Origin: Candidatus Methanomethylophilaceae archaeon
Lineage (GTDB): Archaea > Thermoplasmatota > Thermoplasmata > Methanomassiliicoccales > Methanomethylophilaceae
Direction of reading: 5' to 3'
DNA: 64,000 bases
NCBI GenBank assembly: GCA_050950505.1
Contig: JBMNHS010000001.1
Span: forward strand, 480,001 to 544,000
Numbering within the stretch: position 1 is the first letter of the stretch; each line of letters begins with the position of its first letter. Shown one piece after another: positions 31,746 to 42,368 of this stretch. The notes below the pieces were generated by a model. It saw only the letters and a program-made list of their open reading frames with translations. It made no database searches and had not been told where the DNA came from. Both the position numbers and the translations under genes were made by a program.

Positions 31746-33491
31746 ATGGGGATAAGGCAACCCGTGGTCAGCGTGTTGGGTCACGTGGACCACGGAAAAA
31801 CAAGACTTCTCGACAGAGTGCGCGGTACGACGGTTCAGTCCAGAGAAGCGGGAGCCATCACCCAGCACATCGGTGCCACCGAAGTTCCCATTGACCACAT
31901 CTATCGAATGTGCTCAACCATTATAGGGAAACAAAAATTCAACGTTCCCGGTTTACTTTTCATCGACACTCCGGGACATCAGGCCTTTATGACACTTCGT
32001 GCCAGAGGCGGTTCCCTTGCGGACCTTGCCGTGTTGGTCATCGACATAAAAGAAGGTCTGATGCCCCAAACAATCGAATCCATAAGGATTCTCAAACAAT
32101 ATAAAACCCCCTTTGTGATAGCACTGAACAAAATCGATACGATTCAGGGTTGGATCAGCGAAGAAGGGCGTCCATTTGTGATTTCGGAGAAAATGCAACA
32201 GGAACATACTTTGGAAATGTTCAATGAACGGTTGTACCACGTCATTTCCCAAATGGCTCAGGAAGGCATTTCTTCCGACAGATATGATCGCATCGACGAT
32301 TTCACAAAGACTGTGGCACTGGTCCCCATAAGCGCAAAGGAAGGGGAGGGAATTCAGGATCTGATGCTTATTCTTATAGGACTGGCACAGAGATTCCTTG
32401 AATCCAGGTTGGAAAAGGGAGAAGGTCCGGGAAAAGGAACCATTCTAGAAATGAAAGAAGAAAGAGGCCTCGGCAAAACTTTGGATATCATTCTCCACTC
32501 CGGAACTCTCCGCAGAGGGGACATGGTTGCTTTGGGCACAAGAGGCGCTCCGACCGTCACAAGAATCAAAGCAATCCTGAAACCGAAACCCCTGGACGAA
32601 ATCAGAGATCCCAGGGACCGTTTTGATTCCGTAAAAGAACTCAGCGCGGCGGCCGGTGTCAAAATATCCTGTCAGAGCGTCGAAGGGGTGATTGCCGGAG
32701 CTCCGATAGTCGTGGTTGACGGACCCGACGACCCGTTGATTGACACTATAAAAGAAGAATCCAGAATAAAAGTGGAAATCGGAGATGTCGGTGTCACAAT
32801 CAAAGCCGATGCCGTGGGTTCACTGGAAGCTTTGGCCTTTGAAGCGAACAAAGCGGGAATCCCCATACGTAAATACGGGATAGGCGAAATCACGAGACGG
32901 GACATCGTCGAAGCCGCTTACGGAGAACCGGAACACAGCGTCATTCTGGGATTCAATGTGGAAATGTCCAAAGACGCAGAACTCGAACATCACAATCAAC
33001 CCATCAGTGTATTCACAAACCCCATCGTTTACCAACTGATAGACGAATACGTTCTTTGGAGAGACGAATCGAAAAAGAAAACCGAGATTGACAAGCGTGC
33101 GGAGTTTTCGTTCCCCGCAAAGGTATTGCTGCTCCCCAATTGCACCTTCAGAGTCAGCAAACCGGCCATAGTCGGTGTGAGAGTGTTGGCGGGGAAAATC
33201 CGGCCGGGTTCAAAACTCATAACATCCTCCGGCGTGGACGCGGGAAGGATACGGAGCATCCATTCCGGCGAAGATTCACTCAAGGAAGCGTCCCAGGGCG
33301 AAGAAATCGCCATAGGATTGGACGGGGTTACTGCGGGAAGGCAGATCAACGAAGGTGACGAATTATATGTCGATCTGACGGAATCCTCCGTTTTACAACT
33401 GGCGGAACTGGATTTGACCGGCGACGAAAGAGACACTTTGGAAGAGACGCTGGCAATAAAAAGAAAAGAAGATCTATTCTGGGGGATGTAA
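31746..33491 (+). CDS. infB: Translation initiation factor aIF5B (IF-2)
   Basis: [25 protein letters not shown]-terminal FWGM. Confidence 0.96.
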   Translation: MGIRQPVVSVLGHVDHGKTRLLDRVRGTTVQSREAGAITQHIGATEVPIDHIYRMCSTIIGKQKFNVPGLLFIDTPGHQAFMTLRARGGSLADLAVLVIDIKEGLMPQTIESIRILKQYKTPFVIALNKIDTIQGWISEEGRPFVISEKMQQEHTLEMFNERLYHVISQMAQEGISSDRYDRIDDFTKTVALVPISAKEGEGIQDLMLILIGLAQRFLESRLEKGEGPGKGTILEMKEERGLGKTLDIILHSGTLRRGDMVALGTRGAPTVTRIKAILKPKPLDEIRDPRDRFDSVKELSAAAGVKISCQSVEGVIAGAPIVVVDGPDDPLIDTIKEESRIKVEIGDVGVTIKADAVGSLEALAFEANKAGIPIRKYGIGEITRRDIVEAAYGEPEHSVILGFNVEMSKDAELEHHNQPISVFTNPIVYQLIDEYVLWRDESKKKTEIDKRAEFSFPAKVLLLPNCTFRVSKPAIVGVRVLAGKIRPGSKLITSSGVDAGRIRSIHSGEDSLKEASQGEEIAIGLDGVTAGRQINEGDELYVDLTESSVLQLAELDLTGDERDTLEETLAIKRKEDLFWGM

Positions 33492-34549
33492 TGAAATACA
33501 CTCCTGAGAATGTTTTGAGGGACGATCCCTACAACATGGCAGGGGGCATTTACGATTTCATCGATGATTTAAACAATGCGATGGAAACGCCCATAGAGTA
33601 CGAACAGGAATTTGACGACATCATAATCTGCGGAATGGGCGGTTCGGCCATCAGCGGAGACGTTCTTGTGGATTGCATGTACAACCTCTCAAAGCATTCC
33701 GTCATCGTACAACGTTTTCCCGAACTTCCCGAATGGGTCGATGAAAGAACTTTGATAATCGTGGCCAGTTATTCCGGCAATACCAGAGAGACATTGGCAC
33801 TATATGACGAAATACATGAAAAAAATCTCAGGGTGGTCGTAATAACCGCCGGAGGAATGCTTTTGGAAAGAGCCGAAGCCGACGGGCATTATATTTTGAA
33901 AATGAAGTCCGGAATCCAGCCCAGATGCGCCACCGGATATTCACTGGGTCTGATGTTTGCACTCATGGATCATGTGGGAGACACATCCTTCAAGACAACA
34001 GTAAAACGATTCACTCCCAAACTGAACAAATTCAGGGATGAATTGGCGAGCAACCGCAGCGTGGCATGGGAAGTGGCAAGAAGAATCAACGCACGCACTC
34101 CCATAATATATTCCACCGTGGAGTTGGCATCGTCCGCCACGAGATGGAAGTCCCAAATCAATGAAAATTCAAAAATGATGGCGTTCTCAGGCCTTATGCC
34201 GGAGTTCAATTACAATGATGTCTCCGGATGGTCCGAAGGTTCCGTGAGAGAATCCTGCGTTCCTCTTTTCCTTTGTGAAGAGAAGATGCCGAAAATCCGA
34301 AAGAAAGCGATGTATGCCGCAATCGATGTTCTGAAGACTTATGACGTTGAGCCCATGGTGGTGAACATACGCGGCCGCTCGGTGGTGGAAAAATTGCTCC
34401 GTGGCATAATGATCGGAGACTACGTATCGTTGTATTTGGCATATCTCAACGGAGTGGATCCCAGCGAAGTCGCTTCCATCTCGGAATTGAAGGTACGTTT
34501 GGCGGATATTCTGCCTTACCCCAAAGCATGGACACGGAAGAAAAAATGA
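33491..34549 (+). CDS. Bifunctional phosphoglucose/phosphomannose isomerase
   Basis: GMGGSAISG, SYSGNTRET, QPR, QINENSK. Confidence 0.85.
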   Translation: MKYTPENVLRDDPYNMAGGIYDFIDDLNNAMETPIEYEQEFDDIIICGMGGSAISGDVLVDCMYNLSKHSVIVQRFPELPEWVDERTLIIVASYSGNTRETLALYDEIHEKNLRVVVITAGGMLLERAEADGHYILKMKSGIQPRCATGYSLGLMFALMDHVGDTSFKTTVKRFTPKLNKFRDELASNRSVAWEVARRINARTPIIYSTVELASSATRWKSQINENSKMMAFSGLMPEFNYNDVSGWSEGSVRESCVPLFLCEEKMPKIRKKAMYAAIDVLKTYDVEPMVVNIRGRSVVEKLLRGIMIGDYVSLYLAYLNGVDPSEVASISELKVRLADILPYPKAWTRKKK

Positions 34550-34636
34550 TTTTTTCCGTTTTATAAAAACAATCTGCCTTCTTTATAGAAAGATATATAA
34601 GTCGGTCTTTAATAAGTCCGACCTACAGGTGTTCAA

Positions 34637-35038
34637 ATGGTAGATTTTAAAACTATCGTCAATGACGTCAAGACCGGTAAATCCTACAACGTTGCCGTGT
34701 CAGGCCACCATGCGAACTCTTTGATTGGTAAAAATATCGGAGAGGTCGTAGATGGTATATTCGTAGGTCTCCCCGGTTATAAGCTCAAGATAACAGGCGG
34801 AAGTGACGGAAACGGCACTCCCATGAGAAAAGATCTCCCCGGCGGCGTGAGAAGGAAACTTCTCCTGTCGGACGGACTCGGTTTCCACGAGAAACGTCAC
34901 GGCGAGAGAAAAAGAGTAGCCATCCGCGGAGCGACAATCACCGCGGACATTGTACAGATCAACATGGCTATCGCCGAGTACGGACCTAAATCTGTAGAGG
35001 AGTCCCTCGCGCCCAGTGAGCCTCCCGCGGAGAACTGA
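34637..35038 (+). CDS. rps6e: Ribosomal protein S6e
   Basis: [22 protein letters not shown]. Confidence 0.95.
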   Translation: MVDFKTIVNDVKTGKSYNVAVSGHHANSLIGKNIGEVVDGIFVGLPGYKLKITGGSDGNGTPMRKDLPGGVRRKLLLSDGLGFHEKRHGERKRVAIRGATITADIVQINMAIAEYGPKSVEESLAPSEPPAEN

Positions 35039-36273
35039 TGAAGGTTCCAAGGCAACCCGAGGCAAACATCGGGATGATCGGTCACGTGGATCACGGAAAA
35101 ACAACTCTCACGAGAGCCCTTTCCGGATTTTGGACGGACCGTCACTCCGAGGAAGTCAAGAGAGGTATTTCGATACGTCTCGGGTACGCGGATGCGGCGT
35201 TCTACAAGTGTCCCGACTGTCCGGGTTCCGCCGCTTACGGAAATCAGAAGAAATGCCCCAATTGTGATGCGGAAGCAGAATTTCTGCAGGCCGTTTCCTT
35301 CGTGGATGCTCCGGGTCACGAAACCCTGATGGCGACCATGCTGTCCGGCGCCGCACTCATGGACGGTGCTTTGCTGCTGATCGCAGCCAACGAAAAATGC
35401 CCTCAGCCTCAGACAAAGGAACATCTCATGGCTTTGTCCATAATAGGCATCGAGCGCATTGTCATCGTGCAGAATAAGATAGACATCGTTACCAAGGAAC
35501 AGGCCATTGAGAATTACAAACAGATAAAAGAGTTTGTGAAAGGCACCGTTGCCGAAAACGCGCCCATTGTTCCCATATCCGCAAACCACGGCGTAAACAT
35601 CGACATGCTCATAGAAACGATTCAGACCCACATCATCCACAAGATGGAAAGAGACACGGAATCCGCTCCGCTCATGCATGTGGCCCGTTCTTTCGACATC
35701 AACGCCCCCGGTACGGAACCGAAAGATCTCAAAGGGGGAATCATCGGAGGCACTCTGATTCAGGGAACTCTGAAAATCGGGGATGAAGTCGAAATCGTCC
35801 CGGGAAAAAGAACCCAGGACGCAGGCAGAATCGTATACGAAAAGATATCCGCAAAGATTACCACTTTGGAAGCCGGCGGACAATCCGTCGATTCCGTGGG
35901 GCCCGGCGGTTTGATTGCCATAGGCACGGAACTGGATCCGTCAATAACCAAATCCGACGGTTTGACCGGAACCATGTTGGGAAAACCCGGCGGACTTCCT
36001 GCCGTAGTGAACGAATTCACCATGAAAACCGTCCTTATGGACCGTGTCGTCGGTTCCTCGTCCGAACTGAACGTGGATGACATCAAAAGCAACGAGCCTT
36101 TGATGTTGAGCGTGGGAACGGCCACAACCGTGGGCGTGGTCAAGAGCGCAAGGCCGGATTTGGCCGAAGTGACGCTCAAGATACCCGTCTGCGTGATGCC
36201 GGGCCAAAGAGTGGCAATATCCAGAAGAATCTCCAACAAGTGGAGATTGATAGGTTACGGTATCATCGAGTGA
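35038..36273 (+). CDS. eif2g: Translation initiation factor aIF2 gamma
   Basis: [31 protein letters not shown]. Confidence 0.96.
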   Translation: MKVPRQPEANIGMIGHVDHGKTTLTRALSGFWTDRHSEEVKRGISIRLGYADAAFYKCPDCPGSAAYGNQKKCPNCDAEAEFLQAVSFVDAPGHETLMATMLSGAALMDGALLLIAANEKCPQPQTKEHLMALSIIGIERIVIVQNKIDIVTKEQAIENYKQIKEFVKGTVAENAPIVPISANHGVNIDMLIETIQTHIIHKMERDTESAPLMHVARSFDINAPGTEPKDLKGGIIGGTLIQGTLKIGDEVEIVPGKRTQDAGRIVYEKISAKITTLEAGGQSVDSVGPGGLIAIGTELDPSITKSDGLTGTMLGKPGGLPAVVNEFTMKTVLMDRVVGSSSELNVDDIKSNEPLMLSVGTATTVGVVKSARPDLAEVTLKIPVCVMPGQRVAISRRISNKWRLIGYGIIE

Positions 36274-36279
36274 TGCTGT

Positions 36280-36639
36280 ATGGCCATCGACGTCATTCTT
36301 GACACGAACGCATTGTTGATGCCCTTCGAAATAAGGATGAATCTGGATCTTGAGATACGGAGAGTGCTCGGCGAGGTGCGTTTCATAGTGCCTGGGCCGA
36401 TAATCGGCGAACTCAAACATCTTAAACACAAATATTCTCAGGTGGCTTTGGAACTTGCGAGACGTTATGAAATAATGCAGACCGAAGCGACCGGCGATGC
36501 CGCGATAATGGAATTGGCTGAACGGACCGGAGCCTTCGTGCTGACCAATGACAAAGAACTGAGGGACAAACTCCGTAAAAAAGGAGTCCCTCTGGTTTAT
36601 CTGCGTTCGGGAAATCACCTGGTGGCGGAATTCAGATAA
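36280..36639 (+). CDS. PIN-domain protein (Fcf1/Utp24-like)
   Basis: ILDTNAL, TNDKELR; usual neighbour of aIF2g. Confidence 0.85.
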   Translation: MAIDVILDTNALLMPFEIRMNLDLEIRRVLGEVRFIVPGPIIGELKHLKHKYSQVALELARRYEIMQTEATGDAAIMELAERTGAFVLTNDKELRDKLRKKGVPLVYLRSGNHLVAEFR

Positions 36640-37462
36640 GGGGTTTCGGCGGATCTTCCGGCGGTTCCCCTTTCCATTCTTCTTTTCCGGTTTCTTCCAA
36701 TCTCTCTTTTACCAATTTCTTTCCGGTTTCGCTCACGCCGTAAACGGGAACTTTGTTTCCCGCAATGACGATATCACGGTTTTTCGCTTCCTGTCTCAAT
36801 GTCGCGGAAGCGCAGGACGTGATTACGTCACATGTATCAAACAATGTGACGGCGTCTTTGTAAGTGACGCCCGAAGTGTGCACCGCCATCACTATGGCGG
36901 CGGAACCGTAGGCATCCCTTATACTCAAAGCGTCGGCGGCGTCGCAGACAGTGACGGCAACGTTCCGGAATCCCATGGAATATGCTTTGCCGAGTCCGGC
37001 AAGCATGTCAATCTCGGCCGTCTCGGGATCCAATACGAAATCTTTTCCGACGGCGTCGATGACAGTTTTCAACGGAGCGGTCTCAACGACCGCGGATATG
37101 CGTCCGCAGAGTCCTTGGACTATTTCAGGGTCGGTCACGACGGCGGTGCCACATCCGTCCGAGACTATCACGGCGGCGTCAATGAGATCTTTTCTGAGCG
37201 CGGTGCTCAGTATCTCGGAAATTCCGAAGGAAAGGAAATCGGGCATACGCACCGTCCTGTTTTCGGTAAACAGGCCGAAATCATCGATTCTGAACTGTAT
37301 GTTTTCCCGTATGGATTCTTTATCGAGTTTTTTAATGCCTCTGTGTTTCCCGAACAGAGGGCAAACATCAATCTGCGGTTCACCGATTTCGACGATTTTT
37401 CCGTTTTCCACGACCACCCGGGCCTTTCCGAGACACTCCATGACGTGCCGGGACATATTCAC
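36632..37462 (-). CDS. Methanogenesis marker protein 8 (DUF2099)
   Basis: HVMECLG, CPLF, FGISE, DGCGT, QGLCGRISA, CAS. Confidence 0.8.
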   Translation of the reverse strand: MNMSRHVMECLGKARVVVENGKIVEIGEPQIDVCPLFGKHRGIKKLDKESIRENIQFRIDDFGLFTENRTVRMPDFLSFGISEILSTALRKDLIDAAVIVSDGCGTAVVTDPEIVQGLCGRISAVVETAPLKTVIDAVGKDFVLDPETAEIDMLAGLGKAYSMGFRNVAVTVCDAADALSIRDAYGSAAIVMAVHTSGVTYKDAVTLFDTCDVITSCASATLRQEAKNRDIVIAGNKVPVYGVSETGKKLVKERLEETGKEEWKGEPPEDPPKPLI

Positions 37463-37938
37463 TCCATGATTTCGATGGTGTTTATGATGACGTTCTTGGA
37501 GGGAGCGTCATTGCGGCCGGTTTTGACTTTGCCGATTGCGTCAACGACGTCCATGCCCTCCACGACCTCACCGAATACCGGGTGGGCGTAAGGCGTCGAG
37601 GGGTTTTCTTTGTCGAGATAATTGTTATCCACGGTGTTTATGAAGAACTGGCATCCTCCGGTGTTGGGACGTCCAGTGTTCGCCATGGCAATGGTTCCGC
37701 GGACGTTGGAGTGCCCGGTACCGAATTCGTCCTGAATGTTGTATCCGGGACCGCCGGTTCCGTCTCCTTTGGGGCAACCTCCCTGAATCATGAAGTTATC
37801 AATGACCCTGTGGAACTTGACGCCGTCATAAAAACCGTCTTTTGCGAGTTTGATGAAATTGCCGGTGGTGATGGGCATGTCTTTGTACAGTTCGATGGTA
37901 ATGTCGCCCATGGATGTGCGCATGATTGCTTTAGTCAT
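37459..37938 (-). CDS. ppiA: Cyclophilin-type peptidyl-prolyl isomerase
   Basis: FHRVIDNFMIQGG, AMAN, QFFIN, VFGEV. Confidence 0.93.
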   Translation of the reverse strand: MTKAIMRTSMGDITIELYKDMPITTGNFIKLAKDGFYDGVKFHRVIDNFMIQGGCPKGDGTGGPGYNIQDEFGTGHSNVRGTIAMANTGRPNTGGCQFFINTVDNNYLDKENPSTPYAHPVFGEVVEGMDVVDAIGKVKTGRNDAPSKNVIINTIEIME

Positions 37939-37974
37939 AGCCCACGGATATCCCGCGGATAATAAAAACTGTTG

Positions 37975-38088
37975 CGACGATCACAAGACCAATCATTATG
38001 TCAATCAACGACAATCACAAGACCAATCATTATGTCAATCAACGACAATCACAAGACCAATCATTATGTCAATCAACGACAATCACAA
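37975..38088. repeat. 34-bp tandem repeat, about 3.4 copies
   Basis: Unit CGACAATCACAAGACCAATCATTATGTCAATCAA at 37975 (one mismatch), 38009 and 38043, partial at 38077; no spacers. Confidence 0.95.
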
Positions 38089-38092
38089 TACT

Positions 38093-38914
38093 ATGACTTC
38101 GGGTACTCTTATGATATTGGGCTGTCCCATTCTGGAGGATGAGTTGGTATACGGCATCATGAATGATGATGAGAAAAAGGATATACTACTCATTGAAACG
38201 GAACCCTCGCAAAGTCTGATAAGAAAATTTGAACGGAACATAATCCCGTATACCGTGATGAATGAAAACGAATTCCTCGCAAACGGAACGAAAGGAAAAT
38301 CCTCGGGATTTTCCATAGTAATCAAAATGCTGGATATGGCATTGCACCGCGAACCCGAAATTCTCCGCAAAAAAATCGAAGAGGAAGTCATGAAATTCTC
38401 CGAAGTGAGCGACGTCATGGCACTGTACTACGGGATGTGCGGAAATTACGGCTGGGACATCACGGAATGGGCAAAAGAAAACAATCTTTGCCCCGTGCTG
38501 GTGTTCCGTGACAGAAGGGGAAACGTCTGTGACGACTGCGTCGCGGTTGCCGTGGGAGGAACGGAAAAATACCGGGAACTTCTGAGAGCCCATACGGGCA
38601 GAATGTATTTCACTCCCGGGGTGGCAGTAAACTGGAATGATTTTCTTGCGGCGAACGAAATGTTCGGTGGTTGTTGGGGAGGCAGCGTCGAAAGACTGAA
38701 GTGGATTTTTGAACAGTGCAATTACGACTCCGTCGTGCAGATTGATACGGGACTCGGAGATTATGAGGAGATGTGCAAATCCACAAAAGAATTCGCAGAT
38801 ACTTACGAGTTCAGAATAATCGAAGCGGAAGACTATTGGCCGGACCTGTATCCTGCCCAAAAATTATACAATGATGCCAAGAATGCCATGAATTCGGAAC
38901 AATCCGGCAAATAA
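38093..38914 (+). CDS. DUF1638-like protein
   Basis: GCPILEDE, ALH.EP..L, YGMCGN, DDCV....GG, TPG. Confidence 0.75.
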   Translation: MTSGTLMILGCPILEDELVYGIMNDDEKKDILLIETEPSQSLIRKFERNIIPYTVMNENEFLANGTKGKSSGFSIVIKMLDMALHREPEILRKKIEEEVMKFSEVSDVMALYYGMCGNYGWDITEWAKENNLCPVLVFRDRRGNVCDDCVAVAVGGTEKYRELLRAHTGRMYFTPGVAVNWNDFLAANEMFGGCWGGSVERLKWIFEQCNYDSVVQIDTGLGDYEEMCKSTKEFADTYEFRIIEAEDYWPDLYPAQKLYNDAKNAMNSEQSGK

Positions 38915-38921
38915 AATAAGA

Positions 38922-38947
38922 TCCGACACCTTTTCACAGGTGTCGGA
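38922..38947. terminator. 10-bp hairpin between convergent genes
   Basis: TCCGACACCT-TTTCAC-AGGTGTCGGA. Confidence 0.65.
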
Positions 38948-38960
38948 GTTTGGGTTTGAT

Positions 38961-39557
38961 TCATCCTTTGTAATCGGGGTTGAACGGACAGACTTCCTTC
39001 AGACACACGCTGTTCTTTTCGGAAACGAAGCAGGTGATCTTTTCGGGCATCTCCATTTTGACTCCCAGGTAGTCTTCGAAGAATTTGGCCGCCACGGGAA
39101 CCGCGAGATAGGTATCTCTCTTGCAGCATCTCGGTCCGCCGTACTGAGCGATGGTTGAAAGACAGTTGGAAACCATAATCTGGTCTTTGCTCCAAATCTC
39201 TCCGGCAAGAGGTCCGTCTTTGGTTATGATGCTGAATGCGATTCCGCAGCCCAAAGCCGCGCCGCAGGACCCCCAGTGTCCGCAGACCGCCGCAGGAATG
39301 ATCGAACCGCGTTTGTGCGCCAGGTTCAAAGCCGCAGGAAGATCCAATTCTCCGCCGCTGTTCTTGTATGCGGTAAGAACCGCAAAAGGCACCAAAACAT
39401 GGTGAACGGGTCCGTGGAACGGCACGCCGGGGTATTCCATCATTATTTTCATAAGGTCGATCGGATTTTTGGATTTGGACTCAAGGCACATGGCCATCGC
39501 TCTTTCAATCGGATCGTTGCTTTTGATGTCGGGACAGATTTCATCCAAGTTAGTCAT
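38961..39557 (-). CDS. Cys-rich DUF5714-like protein
   Basis: HGPVHH, CGHWGSCGAA, GGPRCCKR, C-terminal C...N..C....CPF. Confidence 0.75.
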   Translation of the reverse strand: MTNLDEICPDIKSNDPIERAMAMCLESKSKNPIDLMKIMMEYPGVPFHGPVHHVLVPFAVLTAYKNSGGELDLPAALNLAHKRGSIIPAAVCGHWGSCGAALGCGIAFSIITKDGPLAGEIWSKDQIMVSNCLSTIAQYGGPRCCKRDTYLAVPVAAKFFEDYLGVKMEMPEKITCFVSEKNSVCLKEVCPFNPDYKG

Positions 39558-40072
39558 ATGGAAATCGAATCAACGTCGTTGATATATAACAAAATCCTTA
39601 ATTTTCATGTATAAATTGTAAAGAGATTAACAGCAAACAATGTGAAAAAAATGAACCCGGGCAATAAGTGGATTCTTTACGAATTATGACGACGAGTCAC
39701 GGTTATATCGGTTTGTCACTTTCACAAAAGATTGGGAAATATGAAAACGGAACAGTGAGCTTTCCAAGAGAATCAAAGAAAAAAATGTCCGTCGCCCGTG
39801 AACCGTTAGGGCCACGCTGAACGCAACCGGTATCACGGGACTTATCAGGATGATTCAACACGGTACTGGCGTATTTAATTCTGACCGATTCGGTTTTATT
39901 CGTACGGTTATCAATCATCGCATATTTTCAAGGAGGATTTACGAACAACCGTCCAAAAGTATGGAATTCCCCGTGTAAATTTACCGGAAATATTGTAAAA
40001 CGTCACTTTTTGTTAAGACATATGCCGAATTTAAATACGAATTGATAAATATAAGTTCACTTTGAACCTGAT

Positions 40073-41734
40073 ATGAGTAACAACATAGAAGGGTTCAAAC
40101 CCAACAAACTGACGCTAATAACGTTGCTCTTTTCTTCAATGATCATTCTTATGGGTGCTGCCGCGGTCGCACCCGCATTAAAACCGATAAGCGACGCTTT
40201 CCCGGGAGCCTCCATGGTAACCGTTTCCCTTGTGGTGACGTTACCCGCCGCAGCCGTGGCCGTCACAGGCATGGCCATGGGATATCTTGCCGACCGGTTC
40301 GGAAAGGTTAAGGTGTTCATCGCATCGGTTGCAATCTTCACCGTTGCAGGTCTGTCGGGATATTTTCTCAATACGCTGGAATCCGTTCTTGTAGGACGTT
40401 TCATTTTGGGTGTAGGCATAGCCGGCATATCCACAACCACCACCGCACTGACCGCCGAATACTATTCGGGCGCAATCAGGGCAAAAGTGATCAGTTATCA
40501 ATCGGCCGCCATGGGTATCGGAGTACTGTTTCTGGAAACTATCGGAGGATCTTTGGCGGATGTGGGATGGCAGGAACCGTTCCTGGTATATCTGATCGGT
40601 CTTCCCATTCTTTTGCTGGCACTGTTGTCAATGAGGGAACCTGAGAAGGAAATATACAATGACGGGATGGTATCACAGCCGGATATACCCAACAAACGTC
40701 TGAAGGTGGCGCTCTGTTACGTTATGATATTTGCGGCAATGTTCCTGATGTTCGTTCTTCCCACGAATTTACCGTATCATCTGGCGGATCTGGGATTCAG
40801 TCTGACGATATGCGGTCTTATGCTCGGTGTGCTGGGTATGACACAGGCGGCTTTCAGTCTGATCTATTCCCGTTCCTCGAATAAACTGAATGACAAAGGC
40901 GCATATTCCGTGGCTTTATCACTGATAGGCGCGGCCTATGTCGCATTGTATTCGTCGAGTGTTATTGCGATAACGTTCTCGATGATATTGGTTGGCGTGG
41001 GTATGGGACTGATAACCATGACGGTACTCGGCAGTCTGTCGCATTATTCACAAGCGGGAGGTTCCGGAAAAATAATGGGAGGGTATTCGGTGGCTCTCAA
41101 CCTGGGTACCTTTTCGTCATCTCTTGTCATAACACCGTTTATTGAAGCAACGGGATCGTATTTTGACACCTTCTTGTATATAGGATTGTTCGTGTTGGCT
41201 ATATGCGTTGTATCCGTACTGTATGCGGTATATACCACAAGGAAAACAAAAGCAGAGAGGAAAATCATTGCCGAGACCAAGAGGCCTTCGGACTTCAAAT
41301 CTCTGTATGAAAGCATACTGATTGCGACCGATGGCAGCGAAACGAGTAAGTTGGCCGTGCGCAACGGGTTGGACATAGCCAGGAACAATTCCTCCAAAGT
41401 TACAGCGCTGTACGTATTCGATGCCGAATATTATGCATCCGTCACGGGCAGCGTAACCGCAGCGGATTACATAAGAGAACTTGGAAACGAAGCGTCCAAG
41501 AACGCGTTGGATTATGTAAAAGAAATGGCCGCCGAGAGAGGGATGGAAGCGGAATTCAAAGTGGTCATCGGGCATCCTGCTGAGTCCATAGTGGACGAGT
41601 CTGCCGAACACAGTCTGCTGGTATGCGGTTCCATGGGACGCACAAGCGTACCCAGGGTACTTTTGGGAAGTGTGGCGGAAAAAGTGGCAAGGATGGCTTA
41701 CTGCCCCGTGCTAATCTGTCGCGGCAACCATTGA
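40073..41734 (+). CDS. MFS transporter fused to C-terminal universal stress protein domain
   Basis: GYLADRFGK, GRFILGVG, about 12 TM, then ILIATDGS, GHPAESI, GSMGR...LLGSVAEKVAR...PVL. Confidence 0.88.
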   Translation: MSNNIEGFKPNKLTLITLLFSSMIILMGAAAVAPALKPISDAFPGASMVTVSLVVTLPAAAVAVTGMAMGYLADRFGKVKVFIASVAIFTVAGLSGYFLNTLESVLVGRFILGVGIAGISTTTTALTAEYYSGAIRAKVISYQSAAMGIGVLFLETIGGSLADVGWQEPFLVYLIGLPILLLALLSMREPEKEIYNDGMVSQPDIPNKRLKVALCYVMIFAAMFLMFVLPTNLPYHLADLGFSLTICGLMLGVLGMTQAAFSLIYSRSSNKLNDKGAYSVALSLIGAAYVALYSSSVIAITFSMILVGVGMGLITMTVLGSLSHYSQAGGSGKIMGGYSVALNLGTFSSSLVITPFIEATGSYFDTFLYIGLFVLAICVVSVLYAVYTTRKTKAERKIIAETKRPSDFKSLYESILIATDGSETSKLAVRNGLDIARNNSSKVTALYVFDAEYYASVTGSVTAADYIRELGNEASKNALDYVKEMAAERGMEAEFKVVIGHPAESIVDESAEHSLLVCGSMGRTSVPRVLLGSVAEKVARMAYCPVLICRGNH

Positions 41735-41743
41735 AATCCTTTA

Positions 41744-41776
41744 ACGCGGGCCGGAAGGTCCGCGTGTTTCTTTTTC
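41744..41776 (+). terminator. Hairpin plus T-rich tract after the MFS-USP gene
   Basis: ACGCGGGCC-GGAA-GGTCCGCGT followed by GTTTCTTTTT. Confidence 0.6.
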
Positions 41777-42029
41777 GCAATTTGTATCAGAATACCATTT
41801 TCATTTATCCGGGCATATGGCATCGGCATCGTGTGTCACTTCCGGAAATAAATTCACACGTCATAACGGAGAAAAAAGGCCGTCGAGATAAAAAGTGCGA
41901 TACGCGTACCAAAATGCAATAAAAAGTATGCGTATCGCTGAAGTGTAAGAACCGACTCTGTATAAAAAAAGCATTGTGATTCACGTTGTCGCATAGAATG
42001 AAAAACCCGTGTATTGCAACGTATTGCGG

Positions 42030-42368
42030 TCAGAAACCATTCTTTTTCATCGTTTCCAGATATACTACGCCCCAGGATTCCATGGCGAAAATAATCGGCC
42101 GCATCGATTCTCCCAATTCACTCAGCCTGTATTCCACTCTTGGCGGCACTTCCGGATAAGCCGTTCTTACGACAATGCCGTCCGCTTCCATAGAGCGGAG
42201 ATTTTCGGTCAATACCTTTTGACTGATTCCCGGTATGGTTTTGTTCAGTTCGCCGAAACGCTGAGTTCCGGCCAATAAATTTCTCATTATGAGCAATTTC
42301 CATTTATTGCCTATCAGTCCCACCGTTGTTGCGACAGGACAGACCGGAAGTTCTTCTTTTGTCAACAT
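42030..42368 (-). CDS. HxlR/DUF24-family winged-helix regulator
   Basis: CPV.TT..LIGNKWK, RFGEL, ISQKVLT..LR.ME, VPPRVEY.L. Confidence 0.92.
   Translation of the reverse strand: MLTKEELPVCPVATTVGLIGNKWKLLIMRNLLAGTQRFGELNKTIPGISQKVLTENLRSMEADGIVVRTAYPEVPPRVEYRLSELGESMRPIIFAMESWGVVYLETMKKNGF

Noticed and set aside
37975-38088. CRISPR array, since the 34-bp unit is CRISPR-sized
   Set aside because: Units are head-to-tail with no spacers and no cas genes are nearby.
37850-38092. N-terminal extension of the DUF1638 ORF in the track
   Set aside because: It overlaps ppiA antisense and runs through the tandem repeat; three 34-bp units keep the frame open by chance.
39790-39850. Hammerhead ribozyme (CTGATAAG plus stem on the minus strand)
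   Set aside because: The core differs from CUGAnGA and there is no GAAA after the stem.
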